DNA from: Camelus dromedarius
Taxonomy: Eukaryota
NCBI RefSeq assembly: GCF_036321535.1
Contig: NC_087436.1
Coordinates: 88,724,001 to 88,788,000, forward strand
DNA length: 64,000 nt
Direction of reading: 5' to 3'
Under the pieces are notes generated by a model. That model saw nothing but the letters and a program-made list of their open reading frames with translations, had not been told where the DNA came from and did not search any database. Shown here in pieces: positions 1 to 14,042 of the stretch; positions within the stretch are counted from its first letter, which is position 1, and every line of letters begins with the position of its first letter. The position numbers and the translations under genes were made by a program.

Positions 1-659
1 TCAGGAGGGAAAATTCCATTTGAAGGATCCATGGGCAGGTGTCTCCTCGTTCTTGAGCCGTTTTTGCCATTTGCAGCTGTGGAGGTATTCCCAAGAATGT
101 GCCAGGTGTTAATGAAGTCCAGTGCTGCAGGAAGGCGGAACAGGGTCAAGACTAATGTACCTGAAATACCAACTCTGGTCGCCATGACCTTTGAAATTTT
201 ACTAAAATGGACTTGAATCCCATCCACTCCTGTGGAAGTCCAAAGCCCTCCCCTAAATCTCTGCCAATCCACTAGGTATGTGGTTCTCTTAATCAGCTCT
301 GGTTCCAGGCTCTGAATCTCCTGAGTGAGTTAGTTCAGTTTGGGGATCATTTTTCATGTTTTCTTTTTCCATCTTTCAGTGATACACTGCCTCTTTCTCC
401 CTCTGGCTGTACTGTGGAGGAAAATTAGGGAGTACAAGAATAGATAGAGGTGACCCAGACAAGAGGAGCATTTTCAGGGTTCCAGCGGAGACCTGATGGC
501 AGTTGCTACTCGTATGCCGGATCTGTGAGGCTGGAGAGCTTTGCTTTGCACAGTGGTGTATCCCGAGTGCCCAAACAGTGCCTGACACAGAACAGGTGCT
601 CGATGACCTCTTCCTGAGATAGGGAGCCATGGAAGAATACCAGATGTGGGCATGAAGAT

Positions 660-1950
660 TATTTGGCTTCAGACCTGTTGGGTTTGGGGTATTTTTGCAG
701 CCTCCACTGAGGAGACATCCAATGGCCAGTTGTATAAAAGGTCTGGAGCTCAGAGAAAAAAAAATATGCTTGCTACTTAAAAATATAAGTCACACGTGTA
801 GGGCTGGTGATGCTGTTTGTGTGGATGGCATTGCCTGGAGAAAGTGAATGTGAGAGAAGAGCTTACAGAAAGAGAAGTCAAAGGGGAAAAGAGCTTGAAG
901 AATATGGGAATGGCTGAGAATTTGATCTGTCAAATGACACTGAGATGTCATTACAAGGATGACTGAAAAATGTCATTTGGATAGAGCAACATGGAGGTCA
1001 TTGGTGACCATAGCAAAAGCTCCTTTGGTGCAGTGACAGAAGTGGGTGTTAAATTGACGTCACGAAGGTAGAGAGTTAAGTGAGGAAATTTGGACAATAA
1101 ATATTAACAACTATCAGATCATTTTGGATGAGAAAGGAGAGAGGACAGTGGCTGAAGTGAGATACAGGCTTGAGGATGGATTGAAAAAATGACTGGGAGA
1201 GACCTTAACATAGTAAAAAGCTGATGGCAGTGGTATAGGAGAAAGAGAGAAAGAGAGGGAGAGGGAGAAAGGTAAATCAAGACTGGATATATGATTCAGT
1301 GGAGAATTAAGATGTGAAATTCCTGACAAGGGAGAAGGAAATGAAGTCGGTGATACACGTGGAAAGGTTAGTCTTGAACAGTAGGAGTCTTAAGTAGCAT
1401 CTCTATAGGAGAGAAGGGTCCATAAACGAGCTGGTGTGTAGGCTGAAATTTAGGTAGGTGAGGCAGTTCTCATTTGATGGTTATTATTCTCTGTGTAGGG
1501 TGGGAATTGGGATGGACCCTCTTCTGAAAGTGTGGGCAGAAGAGTGGGAAAAGGTGATTAGGGGAGAATGAAGACTTTAAATCAGCCATCAAGTAGTCCT
1601 GTTGGGTGACTTTTTACTGCCACATTCAACTGTCCAAGTGTAGATACAGAGAGAGAAGACTGTTGGATTCATCTGGTGTTGGCTTTTACAAGATGGATGA
1701 GAAGAAAATCTGGATGGGTAAGGGGGTTCAGGGCATTAGCAAGAATACCATTGAAATAATGGCCCAAAGACTCTAAAGATGATATGTAAGGAAGTGAAAA
1801 AAGGAGAGAGTTGATATCCTGGGAGAAGATAGAGGGATTAGAGATTCAGGAGGGTCCTGAAGAGTTAGAGAATGACCGTCATGAGAAAAGTTGAATCAGC
1901 AAGCTGGGAGAGAAGTGTAACAGAGTTAAGAATGTAGAAGAGAGGGATGA
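660..1950 (-). mobile_element. Old L2 LINE fragment
   Basis: Purine-rich tract with L2-antisense hallmarks (gtctggagctcagaga, ggaggtcattggtgacc..agc). Boundaries approximate. Confidence 0.7.
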
Positions 1951-3251
1951 GAAGGCCTCTCAATGGAGCCAGTGGCTCCAGGTAACCCAGTTAGGCAGAT
2001 TGTTTCCATACATGTTATGTAAGCCAACACAATGCCTTTTAAAGTAGATGTAGTTTTTAAGATATAAGAAGTGAGTTTTCACCAACAGGATTAATAAAAC
2101 ATAAGAACTACATATTTGAAATATGTGCAGGGCAGCCAGGTGCGTTGCTACCTCTTCGCACCATGGGATGCTGTGCCTGTGCTTGGCTTACAGTTTTAAG
2201 TATGTGGAGGGTAATTTCTGGAAGAGGGTGCCTTCTGGAGAGAGGGCTGAAATGAAGCTTAGGAATTGTCCTAGAAGTTTATCTCATCTGGCATTATTCC
2301 CTCAACAGTCAAGTTCAAGAGATGCATTATATTCAGAGGAACCTTAAAGGGCCTCTGAATAATGCAGCATTTACAGCAGTAGCCCCAAGTAGCCATGAAG
2401 GCAGGAGAAAAGTTATGCATTTGAGGAGCGTTGAGATTTCTCCTAAGTACTTCTTGGTGCTGAATCTCTTCTAAGTATTTCCTCCTCTTCTCCCTTTGAT
2501 AAAAGTAATCAATTTCCTGGTCGCTGGAGGAAACATTTGGACTAATTGTGAATATGGTTTCTGGAGGTCAAGTATTTATTGATACAGACTTTCACGAGAT
2601 AGTAAACTGAACCTCTGGCACTTTGTCTACTGATGCTTCACTTATGAATACTGAATGGGGTGTATTTGGCCACAGGATTCCAGCTAACATGGAAGCCATT
2701 GTGAATTTACCACCCAAGAAGGTGCACCCCGAAATGCTCCTGTGACCACCTTAACAAAGACACGTTTTCTATTATTGCAGAAGCCAAAGAAAACCCATAA
2801 CTCCTTACCTTTCCAGATATATTTTACCACCCTTCTAAACTATAACAGGGCTTTTCAGGGGTACTTTTCTGAGAATCATGGCTCATTCAAGTGCTGGTTC
2901 TCTACAATGTCTTACCTGATCCTCTAGCAAGAAGCCATAGTCCTATCTTCTGAATTCCTGTAACTGTCATGGTATTTATCATTTACTACCTTGTAATATA
3001 GTTATTTATGTATGTATCTTTCTTTCCTGCAAGATGGTGAGCTTCTGTGGGACAGTTGGTCTGAAATCATTGTTATATCCTTCAGTACACTTATTATAAT
3101 TAGTAGCTGTTCAATAACTACTTGTTGAGTAAATGAAATAAGTCAGTTCTACCTCTGTTGGGCTGCAGTCCCACACTTGCTTTTTATAGGTAAGTGTTAT
3201 CTCCGTGCCTGAATGGGCACCACCCACCCAATGCTGGTGTTGTAATCAATG

Positions 3252-3681
3252 TGCTGTTGCAGATCTTAAATTGTATCAGCGTATTGGTTCACAAACTTGG
3301 GTGAATTCTGGAACTGGATCCCATAAAAGGAGGGGGGAAGGGAGTGACTGAAGAAAGAGGCAGCCCACCTCCAGATTGGTAGGTGGCGGTTTTAATAAGC
3401 AAGGGAACTTACATGCAAAGTTTGTCTTGGGCAAGGTGACTAAATCTCCACGCCTATCAGAGTTTATATAGAAGCCTTAATGGGTTTCAGTCATGTATAC
3501 CATCCATATGGTCTCAACAACACCTTGCTCTCTCAAGGCTGTGACCTTGAAAACAGCTGTGGGAACAGTGGACATAATGTACATTCCAAGGACAAAAGAG
3601 AGGGTGAGGAGCCTCCGATTGCCTGAGTCCAGCTCGGCTGTCAACTGGTGGGTCATGTCCTCTCCATGACCTCCTCCAACA
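3252..3681 (-). mobile_element. Solo ERV LTR (about 430 bp)
   Basis: TG...CA termini flanked by the 5-bp direct repeat caatg (3247-3251 and 3682-3686); ATTAAA and TATA-like motifs on the minus strand. Confidence 0.7.
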
Positions 3682-4602
3682 CAATGCCACTTCATCTTGC
3701 AGATCAAATTGTAAATTAACTCTGAATGATCTCACATCGGCTGGTAGATTAAATCAGGTGCAGAGGGAATGGGTCAGCAAAGACATTAATCTAGGATTCA
3801 AGCCATTCTCAAGCTCACATCTTATGTTCTTTCAAATAATCTATCTCATGGAGAATTTTAAAAAGTACACAGACATCGTTTCTGGCAAGAGATGCAGCTA
3901 AGCAAAATTTAAACCGTTTGAAGACAAGAACATTATTTTGTTGAGCCGTCACTGTTGCATCTCATCTCTCACAAATAGATGGGTGGCAGGGGCAGTGTGG
4001 ACTGAGGAGTGTGTCCTGAGAGAGTGTCAGTGGCCCACAGAATATGCTCTTTTTCAACTTGCCCTTAAATACATGGCCAGTAATACTCAATCTTGCTAAA
4101 TTATTAATTGCTAAAAACTTACTTTATCCAGATTCGTGAAGATTTGAGTTAGGACTAATGAGACAAATAAGAATGAAGTCTGGATAATGTGTCTTCAGCT
4201 CCTCACCAACATTTTATCACTGTATTAGGCCATCTTTGCTTAGAGCTCTAGGCCAAGGTGAGTTCTTGCCATGGTAATTCAGAGCCCTTGGAATAGTACC
4301 AAATTGGCCAATGTATTTTATTGGCAAGTTGGCAAAAATCGAGATGGAATATCATTACAAGTTCATATACTCCTGAAAAACATTTCAGAAATGGATGATT
4401 TGCTCTGCCGTGAATGTGGTTTGTACAGTTATTTTTTTATTAATATGATTTGGTGACTAACCTCATTACATGCCTTAAAGTACACACAGTAAAATCTCTC
4501 AGGAATGCTGCTGCTCTGAACGGACAGCTGTACCATTTCAGACGATGTACTGAGTTGCTTTGTAATATTGCAGCCATGTTTTGTTTTCTTCACCTGCTTC
4601 AG

Positions 4603-4747
4603 GTCTTGGGAGCTGATGACAATAACATGGGTGATGGCTGCTCTCAGAAGCTGGCGACTGTTACTACTCTCCGTTTCCTGTTGCTGGTCCTGATTCCGTG
4701 TATCTGTGCTCTCATTGTCCTGCTGGTGATCCTGCTCTCCTTTGTTG
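4603..4747 (+). CDS. CORIN: CORIN coding exon (human exon 2 equivalent): cytoplasmic tail and transmembrane helix
   Basis: Translates VLGADDNNMGDGCSQKLATVTTLRFLLLVLIPCICALIVLLVILLSFVG, matching human corin VLRADDNNMGNGCSQKLATANLLRFLLLVLIPCICALVLLLVILLSYVG. Acceptor ttcag| at 4602, donor |gtgagt at 4748; 145 nt, phase 0 to 1. Confidence 0.97.
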
Positions 4748-4939
4748 GTGAGTGATGCTGTTATTAAAGGAAAATGAAGTTAAAATTAAAATTTGTGTGA
4801 TTTAGAAGAGTGATTTCTACTGCTATAGGTGGTGGTACGACCATTGGGGGATCTTTCCGAGTAGGAAGAAATCTGATCAGATTTGCACTTGCAAAAGACA
4901 GCAGACCTGGATAGACTGCAGGGGGTTGGGAGTGGAAAG

Positions 4940-5240
4940 AGATGAAGGTGAGGGAGACCAATATGGTGACTGGCTATGGTCCAAGTAAAAGATGATAAGG
5001 GCCTGGACTAAGGTATTTGGTGCATTAAAATCAACAGAAACCAAGACTGAATTTTGGTGTGAGGGAGAAAGAGGAGTCAAGGTAGACTCCTGGATTTCTG
5101 GCTTGGGCAACCAGGTTGACTTTGGTGCCATCTGTTAATATAGGAAGTAAAGGTGAAGAAGTGGGGTGCAGGTAGATGGAGGCAGGCTGGAAGTTCAGTT
5201 TGGACATGCTAAGTTGGAGATACTTTGTGGGACAAACAAA
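4940..5240 (-). mobile_element. L2 fragment
   Basis: ggagtcaaggtagactcctggatttctggcttgggcaac...agttcagtttggacatgctaagttggag is typical antisense L2. Confidence 0.7.
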
Positions 5241-5659
5241 TATAGTGGAATCATAGTTTAAGGGCGTTTATCTTGAACAAATTCAACAGTAAAGGCTGAG
5301 CCAAGAAATGGAAGAACATAAGAACTCTAACACCAAACCATGGAAGTAAATTAACTTTGCTGTGCAGAGGAAGGTGCCCCCAACACAATCAGACATCAGC
5401 TCTGCTTGTCCTCCCTCAAGCAACTCTGAGTAATCTTAAAAAAGAACTTTAAGAAATGGCTTCAAACTGTATATCTCCCTAAGCCTCCCAGATCCTCTAT
5501 TAATAACATATTCTAGGCAGGTAACCTTTTAAAATGTAAGAATATAATTCATGCAGGTTTTTCTGTATTTCAAATCATTATTTCTTTCCAATCAGTTATT
5601 ATAAATCATCAAATAATATTTGTAAGGTATATTTAAAAGTAAACTACTCTGTTGGAAAA

Positions 5660-5661
<2 letters not shown>

Positions 5662-5691
<30 letters not shown>
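5662..5691. repeat. Poly(A)30 run
   Basis: Uninterrupted A run seen directly. Confidence 0.9.
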
Positions 5692-5692
<1 letters not shown>

Positions 5693-6599
5693 CACTAACA
5701 CCTTTCCTTCCTAAGGGAATTTTAAGGGAAACTGTGAATCTGTCTGAGATTTTGGCTTCTGTGCTGACTTTAGAATTTAACTTCCACCCCACTGTTACTG
5801 GTCTGCAACTAGAACTATCCAGAAGGGAGGCTGACAGCAGCTACAAAGGCAGGAGGCTCGGTAGTAGAGGAAGCAGCAGGGGTAGATGAACCCGGGGGGA
5901 GGAAGTGGACTGATGAAAAGCTGAGGGAAAGCCTGGAGGCTGCTGGTATTTAGGGGAGACAAAGAGGAAGGATCAAGAGATACAGGAAAAGTGGTTTGAG
6001 AAGATGGGAAGGAACCCGGAAATGCTGGGTTTCACAGAAACCAAGGGCAGAGAGTCACATCACAGGTCACAGGGTGACAAGTAGGAAGAGGACGGAAAGT
6101 GCCTCAGGCCATGAAGCCTGCAGGTTTTCTGCTGGGGTTTGAATCACCCTGCCCCATGTGGGGCCAGCTGCGGGCTGCTCTCGAGCTAAAGGCAGGGCAA
6201 AATCCTGAAACTCATCCCTGCCACTCACTTCTTCCAAGACCCCGCTCCCCTCCAGACTTGGCCTGCTTTTGTTTCCTTTCCCATGCCTTCAGGGAGTTGC
6301 TTTTTTGTATTTGTCCAGACTTTGTAATTGTTATTATGTCTGGGAGGGTCCGTCTGGTAGAGGCTCATACCTCAGTGTTACCACCATTATTTTTACCAGT
6401 CGGATTCTCAGGATGCTGTGTGGTGGAACGGCTCACACACAGTGAAGAATGCTTCCTTTCATTCTCAGGTAGAATGCTGAATCAGTCTGAAACACACTTT
6501 CAAGTACCTCAGTGCTTAGAGGGCACTGAGCAGAGGAGGGGTGCTATTAAAACAGTGCTTTAACTGGATTACTTTAATTAATTTTTTTATTAAATTTAA

Positions 6600-7145
6600 A
6601 CTTTTTTAATGGCTTTATTGAAATACACTTTACAGACCATACAATTCACCCATGTAAAGTGTGTGTATTTCAGTCATTTTGAATATAATCACAGGTAAGC
6701 GTAACCATCACCACAGTCATTTTTGGAAGATTTTCATTGCCTCAAGAGGAAAGTCTGTTCCCTTCTGGTGATCACCCCCAACTTTCTATCCCCCCGCCTT
6801 GCCCCAGCCCTAAGCAATCACTAACCTACTTTCTGTCTCTCTAGATTTCCTTATTCTAGACATTTCATATGACCACGAGTGGTTTTTGTGACTGACTTCT
6901 TTCATTGCGTGTAATATTTTCATCTATGTTGTAGTATGTATCAACACCTGATACCTGAAGGCCAAATAGTACTCCGTTGCATGGATTGACCACATTAAAA
7001 AATTCTATTTATCAATTGATGGACATTTTAGTTGTTTCTGTCTTCTGGCTTTTATGAATAATGGTGCTCTGAACTTTCATGTACAAGTTTCTGTGTGGAA
7101 ATATGTTTCCATTTCTCTTGGGTTTATACGTAGGAGCAGAATTTT
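6600..7145 (-). mobile_element. L1MB-like 3' end
   Basis: ctttattgaaatacactttaca...aaccatcaccac...ctactttctgtctctctagattt...gatggacattttagttgtttc, antisense L1 3' UTR. Confidence 0.8.
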
Positions 7146-10024
7146 TTTTTTTAATCACTTTTGTGTGATTAGGAAGTGTACCAATTTGTAAGCTTCTCTA
7201 AGTGCTATTTTGACTTATATGTAGGTGACCTTTAGAAAGTGGGATTTTCCCAACAGTCTTCAAAAACATTCTTTTCATAGATTCTGTACCAGGTGATTTG
7301 ATATAGATATATTAAATAATATCTGCCCAAATGAACATTTCCTGTTTTATATAACAGATGTTTGTTGCTGTGATGAGCAATAAAATCATTTTATATCTTT
7401 GTTTTAAAAAAACCACATTAAATTCTGCTTTATTTTAAAAAATGTTCTGTTTGGTTTGAGTTAATAACTCCATGCTCTTTCAAAGTCTTGTGGTTATTTC
7501 TGGGTCTGTAAGGGTTGCTAGGGATGCTGGAATGCCATGTGTGCATATAACAGGAGCTCTGGCTTCAAAGGACAAAGAGGTGATAGTGAGGGGATTATTG
7601 GTTAGGAAAAGGTAATAGAAGCCTTATGCTAACAAACAAGATGCACTCTGTGTCTTTAATTTTGTCTATTGGGGCTTCCCTCGTGCATAAAGTGAAGAGG
7701 GCAAAAAGATTTCTAAAGGTAAGAGAGTTGGACTTTCTGAGGAATTATTTTAGCAGCAGGTTATAGAGGAAAGCAGTAGCAAATTGTTTCTTTCCTCAAT
7801 CCCTTCAACTGAAGCTGGAGCTACAAAGGTTTAGTTTAATTTAGTGTAGTATTTCTAAAATCAGCAGATAGTCTGGTTCCAAAGATTGGTGTTTTTGAAA
7901 GAAATTGAAAGGAAAATTGAAGAGTGGGAAAAGTACAATATTATACTCAGGTTTTTATTTCTTCAGATACAGGCTAATACTGAAAGGCCATATGACATAG
8001 AAGAAAACGTATAGCTGGACACTCGGAGGTCTGGGTTTGGCATCTTACTCTTCCATTTACTAGATGTGTGACTTCCGGTCAGATGTTTTACCTTCTCTGT
8101 GGGATAGGTACATGATTCTTATTCACATCACAGAATTATTATGGAAGTCAAATGAGATAATATCTATGAATGTGATTTTATAAAGTGACAAAGTTCATAA
8201 TGAAAGTTGTTTTTGCTTATGAACATTACTGTTAATATTAGATAGTGATTTAATAAATAGCTCTAGTTCACTCAAAAATTGACCAAAAATGTGCTTATCT
8301 CCTTTTAACTCTATCCATAAGAACTGAAATCTGTGTGCTATGACCTTCTGGCATAGTAATCCCATAATCCATAAACCCATAACCCTATGACCAAGCCATT
8401 GCCATAGCATAGTTTAATTGCCAATAAAGTAGCTAGGAAGGAATAAAGTTGACCAACTGCTACATCTGCAGTGTGATGTTGTTTCACCTGACTTCTGGGC
8501 GACTTCTATGCTCAGGCCTGAGCATTACATTCATAGACTCATTCCTCTCTTACAAGAACTGGACTGGCAGCTGGTTACACTGCCATCACGAGCAAAAGAA
8601 TCAGCTTGTGCTGTGGAACACGTTATCAGAGATTAGACGACACCTGCCTTAAATTATGTGTCAATACATAAATAATACAGAAACATATATATGCAACATT
8701 TACAGTAAAATTGTGTTGATATGTTGAGCCCATTTAACAGACACAAAATTGTAGGTATAATTTGATACTGTTTATTCCTTTAACAAACATTTACTGAGTG
8801 CCTGTTAAGTTCAAGGCTATATCCCATAAGCATTGGGTACAGCCCTGAATCTAGCCTACCCTTGTGGGTTTCCTAGTTCAGTGAGGGAGAGGGGCTTGAA
8901 AATGATCACACAATTGGTTAATTACTACGAAGTTAACTCCTATGTGGGAAGAGACAGTTTCTTTGGGAACTGATGAAAGGGTCTGAACCTGGTCTGAAGT
9001 GAGATGGGAAAAGCCTTCCCTGAGGTGGGACACTTTAAACATGAACTTCATCATAAGGATGATGGAGTAGGGGATGACTGATGGAACTTCACCATGAGGA
9101 TGGTGGAGTGGGGGATGACTGGAGTAGGGGATGATAGAGTAGGCGTGATTGATCCGGTTAGGGCTGTGAAAATGTGCCTTTGCCAGCTATGTGGAGCAAG
9201 GGTAGACTATGTGGCAGGGAGAAGAAATGGGGAGTTATTGCAAGTGCTCTACAAATGTGGTGCTTTCGAGTATGGTCTGAACTGATTTTTGCAGACTTAA
9301 TCATCTCAATTTGATTTCACCAAAGTTATGGTCCAAAAAGCTTGTTAGAATGCTTCTTTTTCTTTCCCAGCTGTTGAAGACTTGGTTTCAAAGACTTGTC
9401 CACTCATCCACATTTAGAATAAATTTTCTTTGTTTTAGCTTTAAGCTTATGAAGAATGGCCTAAGGTTACTTTCCTAGTTTTCTTAATACTGTGAAAAGT
9501 CTACATGGGGCTTATTAATTTTTAAATTTCTGTCGTGCAATGAAGAAGGAAATTAGTATGGTCAGAAGTGTAGGAAATATGGTACATAGTCCGTTTTCCT
9601 TGAACTCAAGAGAAATTTTCCTCTATAAAAGTGATTTTCTTCTTCAGAAATGCTAAAGGAGCTGAAGATTATTGAACTTAACTGTAGTTTTTCTCTTAGC
9701 AAATTTCTTAGCAGCTTGGGGCTTTTACAAGAATTTGGAATGATAAGAATCTTAACTTCCTAACTTATAATGTTGTATTTTGAGTACCATTATAAAACGG
9801 AAAACCTTCCAGATCCTTATTTCCTTACACCAGAACTTTCAGATTTTCTATGATCTTTTATGACCTGCCTCCACATTCCTTATTTAAATCTCTAAATTCC
9901 TTTCATAACCCTGGCCTTTTGTGCAGATTCATCAGTGTAGAGTTCTCAAACTGAAGAATATTTTTCCTTAATTGCTCAGGCCTGAGGTTATGCATAATGT
10001 CTAAAGTTTTGGGAAGGGTGGTCT

Positions 10025-10185
10025 AAAGCCTTGTACTCGAGTGTCGTCCGTGGACCAACAATGTCAGCATCACTTGGGAGTTTGCATGAAATGCAGAATC
10101 TGGAATCTCCAGACCTGCTGAATTTGCTGTCTAACAAGATCCCCAGGTGATTTCTATGCTTCATCCAGTCCTTAATCCACTGCAA
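10025..10185. mobile_element. MER5A-like hAT-Charlie MITE
   Basis: gtggaccaacaatgtcagcatcacttgggagtttg..gaaatgcagaatct...aacaagatccccaggtgatt matches the MER5A core. Confidence 0.8.
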
Positions 10186-11007
10186 TCTGATCTTTCCCTC
10201 TTTCTCTTCTTTTCATGCTACTAAATCTGTTCTAACCAAGGCCCCCAGTGTGCAGCATTTATTTGAATGTGCAGCACTTGGAACCAATGTGTGTTTGAAC
10301 AAGAGTTTGAAATGGAGAGTGTAGGCTTTCTGTTTGTTTACGTCTGTTCTGAATGAGCGTGTTCATTGTTCATGCCACCAATGCTTTCTTCCATTAAGAT
10401 GTGATGCTCTGATATGACCTTACTCAGTCTTGACTACTCCTTTCTTCTCGAAGTGCTCTTCTGCTTTGCCTGGATATTATCATTTCTGATTTTCCTTCTG
10501 TTTCTGGCTGCTCTTTCTCTGTCTCCTTAAGCTCATCTTTTTCTATCTATTCATTAAATGTTAGAGTGTCTGTCCTAAGCAGTCTTCTCACTTTACGTCC
10601 CTATCTTTCTTGACAGTGTCATCCACTCCCATGACTTCCTTCATCATTCATACATTCAACAAATATCTATTGAGACCTACACTGGTGCCAAGCATTCTGC
10701 CAGGTGCCTGGGATGCAGGCATGCATAATATACCTTCCTACCTCTGAGGAAGGCAGACAAGAAAACAGCTTCACTTTAGTGTATATATGATTGATATAAA
10801 CAGAGTGTGCTCAAGGGAACACAAAGAAGATGTGAATTTGTGGGGTAGCCTGGCAGGGGCTTCTGTAGGGAGTGTTTAGATTGCTCCAGATTTAGACTTT
10901 TTTCCCCTTGAATATTTCATAGGCATTTTATACTCAATGTATTCATAATAATTACACTAACTAAAAGTAAACTTCTACAACTTCTATTTTTCATTTTCTT
11001 TTATCTC

Positions 11008-11455
11008 TTGTATTAGTCAGGACAGGCTATGCTATACTGTGTAACAAAAGTAATCCTAATATGCTTGAGGTTTAAAAACAGTAAAGGTCAGTTTCTCACT
11101 CATGTAGCATTTCCTTTGCAAAATGGCAAGGGGGCTATGCTCATTCAGGCCATTCAGGGACTGAATTGATGGACCAGCTTGAACCTTTGTGGTTATTATG
11201 CCAGAGAGAAAGAAAAAGAGCACTGGAGTTTCTTTTTTTAAAGCATATAATGCAATGTCATTCATTACAATCACAATGCTATACAGTAGATCACCAGAAC
11301 TTACTCATCTTATAACTAGAAGTTTGTACCCTTTGACCAACATCAAAGATGTCAAGAGACAGAGAATGAGGCCAGAGAACATAACTCCAGCATGTGCCCT
11401 AGTAGAATGGGAGAGAATTGAGAATATTTGCTAAACAGCATTAATGACTACCACC
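11008..11455 (-). mobile_element. Old MLT1-type LTR interrupted by a short L1 3' UTR fragment (about 11230-11345)
   Basis: Starts tgtattagtcagga..gctatgct..gtaacaaa and ends atgactaccac; the internal piece ccagaacttactcatcttataactagaagtttgtaccctttgacc is L1MA9-like. Confidence 0.6.
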
Positions 11456-11459
11456 CCGA

Positions 11460-12260
11460 TCTTGGTAAATAACTTCATTTTCTCAGTAATTGAAACCAGA
11501 AACCTTGAAGGGACCTATGACTCTTCATGTTATATTCTCCTAATTTGCCTCCAAAAGCTCTCTCCCAAATGTTCCCTTTGTCCTCATTGCTTTTGCCTTG
11601 GGTCAGGCCTCCCTCTTTTCTCACTTGGACTGTTGCAATACCCTTCTAACAGTCTGCTAGACTTAGCCCCTTTCAAGCATCACCCTGTTGCCAGAGTGAT
11701 CATCCTAACATTTCACCCCATTTAAGACCCTTCAGCAGTTCTCTATCACAACAAGATCGATTCCAAACCTTTAACGGGAATACCCTTGACAGTCTGGCTT
11801 CTACTTCCTTTCTAGCCTTTTCTCTTGTCGGTCGCCTGTGTGCTTGCCATGTTTCATTACTTGGTGCTCAGTTTTTGCATATCTCTCTATCTAGAAAGTC
11901 CTCCATTCCCTATTACTACAACTCTTTCCCCACCAATGCTTTGCTCAAACCTAGAAAACCTTTAACCATCTTTTAAGATTCACGTTGTGGATCATTCTCC
12001 CCTGAGAAGCCTCTTCTGACTTTCTCAAATGGAATGACAGCTCCTTCTCTACTTTCCGTCACCAGATTGCTCTATATCATTCTCAAAGCATTTGCAGCGG
12101 GGTCCTTATTTTTAGATTGCATGCCTGTCCCCCTCAACAAATCTTTAAACATCATGATGATAAGAACTTCTTACTAAATTTTATAATTTACTTTCAGCAG
12201 AGAGGAAATACATAGTTCCTGGCACATAGAAAATGCAAAGTAAATGTGTTACCACATGGC
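11460..12260 (+). mobile_element. L2 fragment with 3' end
   Basis: Pyrimidine-rich L2 motifs (tctcacttggactgttgcaata, ccagagtgatcatcctaa) ending cctggcacatag...taaatgt. Confidence 0.65.
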
Positions 12261-12571
12261 TAGAGAAATAAAGATAAGGAATTAATTTCAAGCTCACATC
12301 ATAGAAAAATAAATTTTTATGTGCATATAATGGTTGATTTTTTTTTTTTAACTTGTGTACCTTTTCCAAAGTGAGAAGTGTGTGTGGGTGTGTGCGTATG
12401 TGTATGTCATGTTCCAACTCAATTCTTGGGTAAGTTAAATAACTCTTGTAAGTTTCTGTTTCCTTCTCTCTCAAACTCCATAAAGAAGAGTTAATTACAG
12501 GAGCAGTTTCATCGGATTTTTGGAAGGCTAGCTCAGTAGATGCCTATAGTGAGGATACTTAGTAAGGTGCC

Positions 12572-13049
12572 TGAATTAGTTTCCTATTGCTGTTATAACA
12601 ACTTGGTAGCTTAAAACAACACAGATATAGTACCTTAGAATTACAGAGGTCAGAGCCCAAAATAGGTCTCACTGGGCTAAAGTTAAAGTGTTGGTAGTAC
12701 CGCATTCCTTCTGGGGGCAATCTGTTCCTGCCTTTTCCAGCTTCTGGAGGCTTCTGCATTCCTTGGCTTGTGGCCCCTTTCCATCTTCAAAACAAGCAAT
12801 GGCTCACTGAGTCTTTCTCACACTGTGTAGTTCTGACACCCACTCTCTTACCTCCCTCTTCGGCTTATAAGGACCCCACGACTGCCATGGGCTCACCTGA
12901 ATAATTCAGGGTAATTTCCCCATCTCAGATTCCTTAACTTACATCTGCAACATCCCTTCTGCCATGTAAGTTATGTAAAGTAACCTATTCATAAATTCTG
13001 GGACTCGGGGTGTGGACTTCTCTGGAGAAGCATTATGTTGCCTACCACA
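12572..13049 (-). mobile_element. MLT1 (MLT1D-like) MaLR solo LTR
   Basis: attagtttcctattgctgttataaca...cttttccagcttctggagg..cattccttggcttgtggcc...gcctaccaca. Confidence 0.85.
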
Positions 13050-13864
13050 GAGCTCAGGCCACTCGTTGTAAGTGATCAGTAAAGCTTGGCTATTACTAGT
13101 GGAATTGCAGACTATTTCTTAAACATTGTTGAATAGAGCTGTGTTAGAGCTGAAACACTTTTGAGCCATACAACCTTGATATAAGGTGGCCTTCTATTAA
13201 TAACTTAATGTGGAAGAGCCAGTCCTTTCATTCAAAAAGTGGGTTATGTGATTCACTTTTGAAAATTTCCTTGGCCATTTTGTTATGTTGGGATGCACTT
13301 ATAATAAAAGGAAATTGGCATTTATTTAAAAGTACCTTAGTAGTCCTGAGGAAGACAGTTTTATTCTCATTAGTAATTATTACCAGTTATTGAGAACTTA
13401 CTGTGTGCCAGGAACTGTTCCAAGGGTTTATGTATGTATTGACGAATTTAATACTAATGGCCAGCCTCATAAAGGGAGGCACTTTTATTTTCCTTATTTT
13501 ATGGCAGTTGATAATTTTCCCAAAGTTTCAGGGCTAGTAAGTGTTAGCGATGGGATTTAAATCCAGGTGGTCAGGCTGTAGAATCTGTGCTTTTAACCAC
13601 AGCACTATAAAACAGGAATGTGGAAAAGGATGGAGCAATGTGGGAAGAATGAACATGCTACTTGGGGCTAATAATTCTCAGCTCATCATGGTGTAGCTTG
13701 TCTTATTGAATTCTGTTTATTGTGCTTTTAAAAAGACGCATAATGGAGAGTTGATCAATTTCTAGAGATGCTTGAAAACAAATTGTCTAGTGGTTTCATG
13801 ATTTTAAAGACAGGTCCTTCAGGGTTGTTGTCTGTCTGTCTTTCTCTCAAAAATATAGTTTAGG

Positions 13865-13871
<7 letters not shown>

Positions 13872-13918
<47 letters not shown>

Positions 13919-14042
13919 TATATATATATATAAGAGATAAAACAATGAAAAATAAGAGGGACATTTAAAAAAACATAATGAAACACATGAAATGAATAAC
14001 AGTTTAAAAAAGACTTTATTGCTAAATACAACATATATATAT
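13872..14042. repeat. (TA)n microsatellite interrupted by a 105-bp insert
   Basis: TA repeats at 13872-13930 and 14033-14042 on either side of a unique segment that is duplicated at 16487-16591. Confidence 0.9.

Noticed and set aside
6450..6475. Sense-strand ctttcattctcag|gtagaa possible recursive splice site
   Set aside because: Weak donor in an intron of only 11 kb; such motifs occur often by chance.
6099..6563. 154-aa ORF
   Set aside because: GTG start, no recognisable homology or domain, intronic location; most likely chance.
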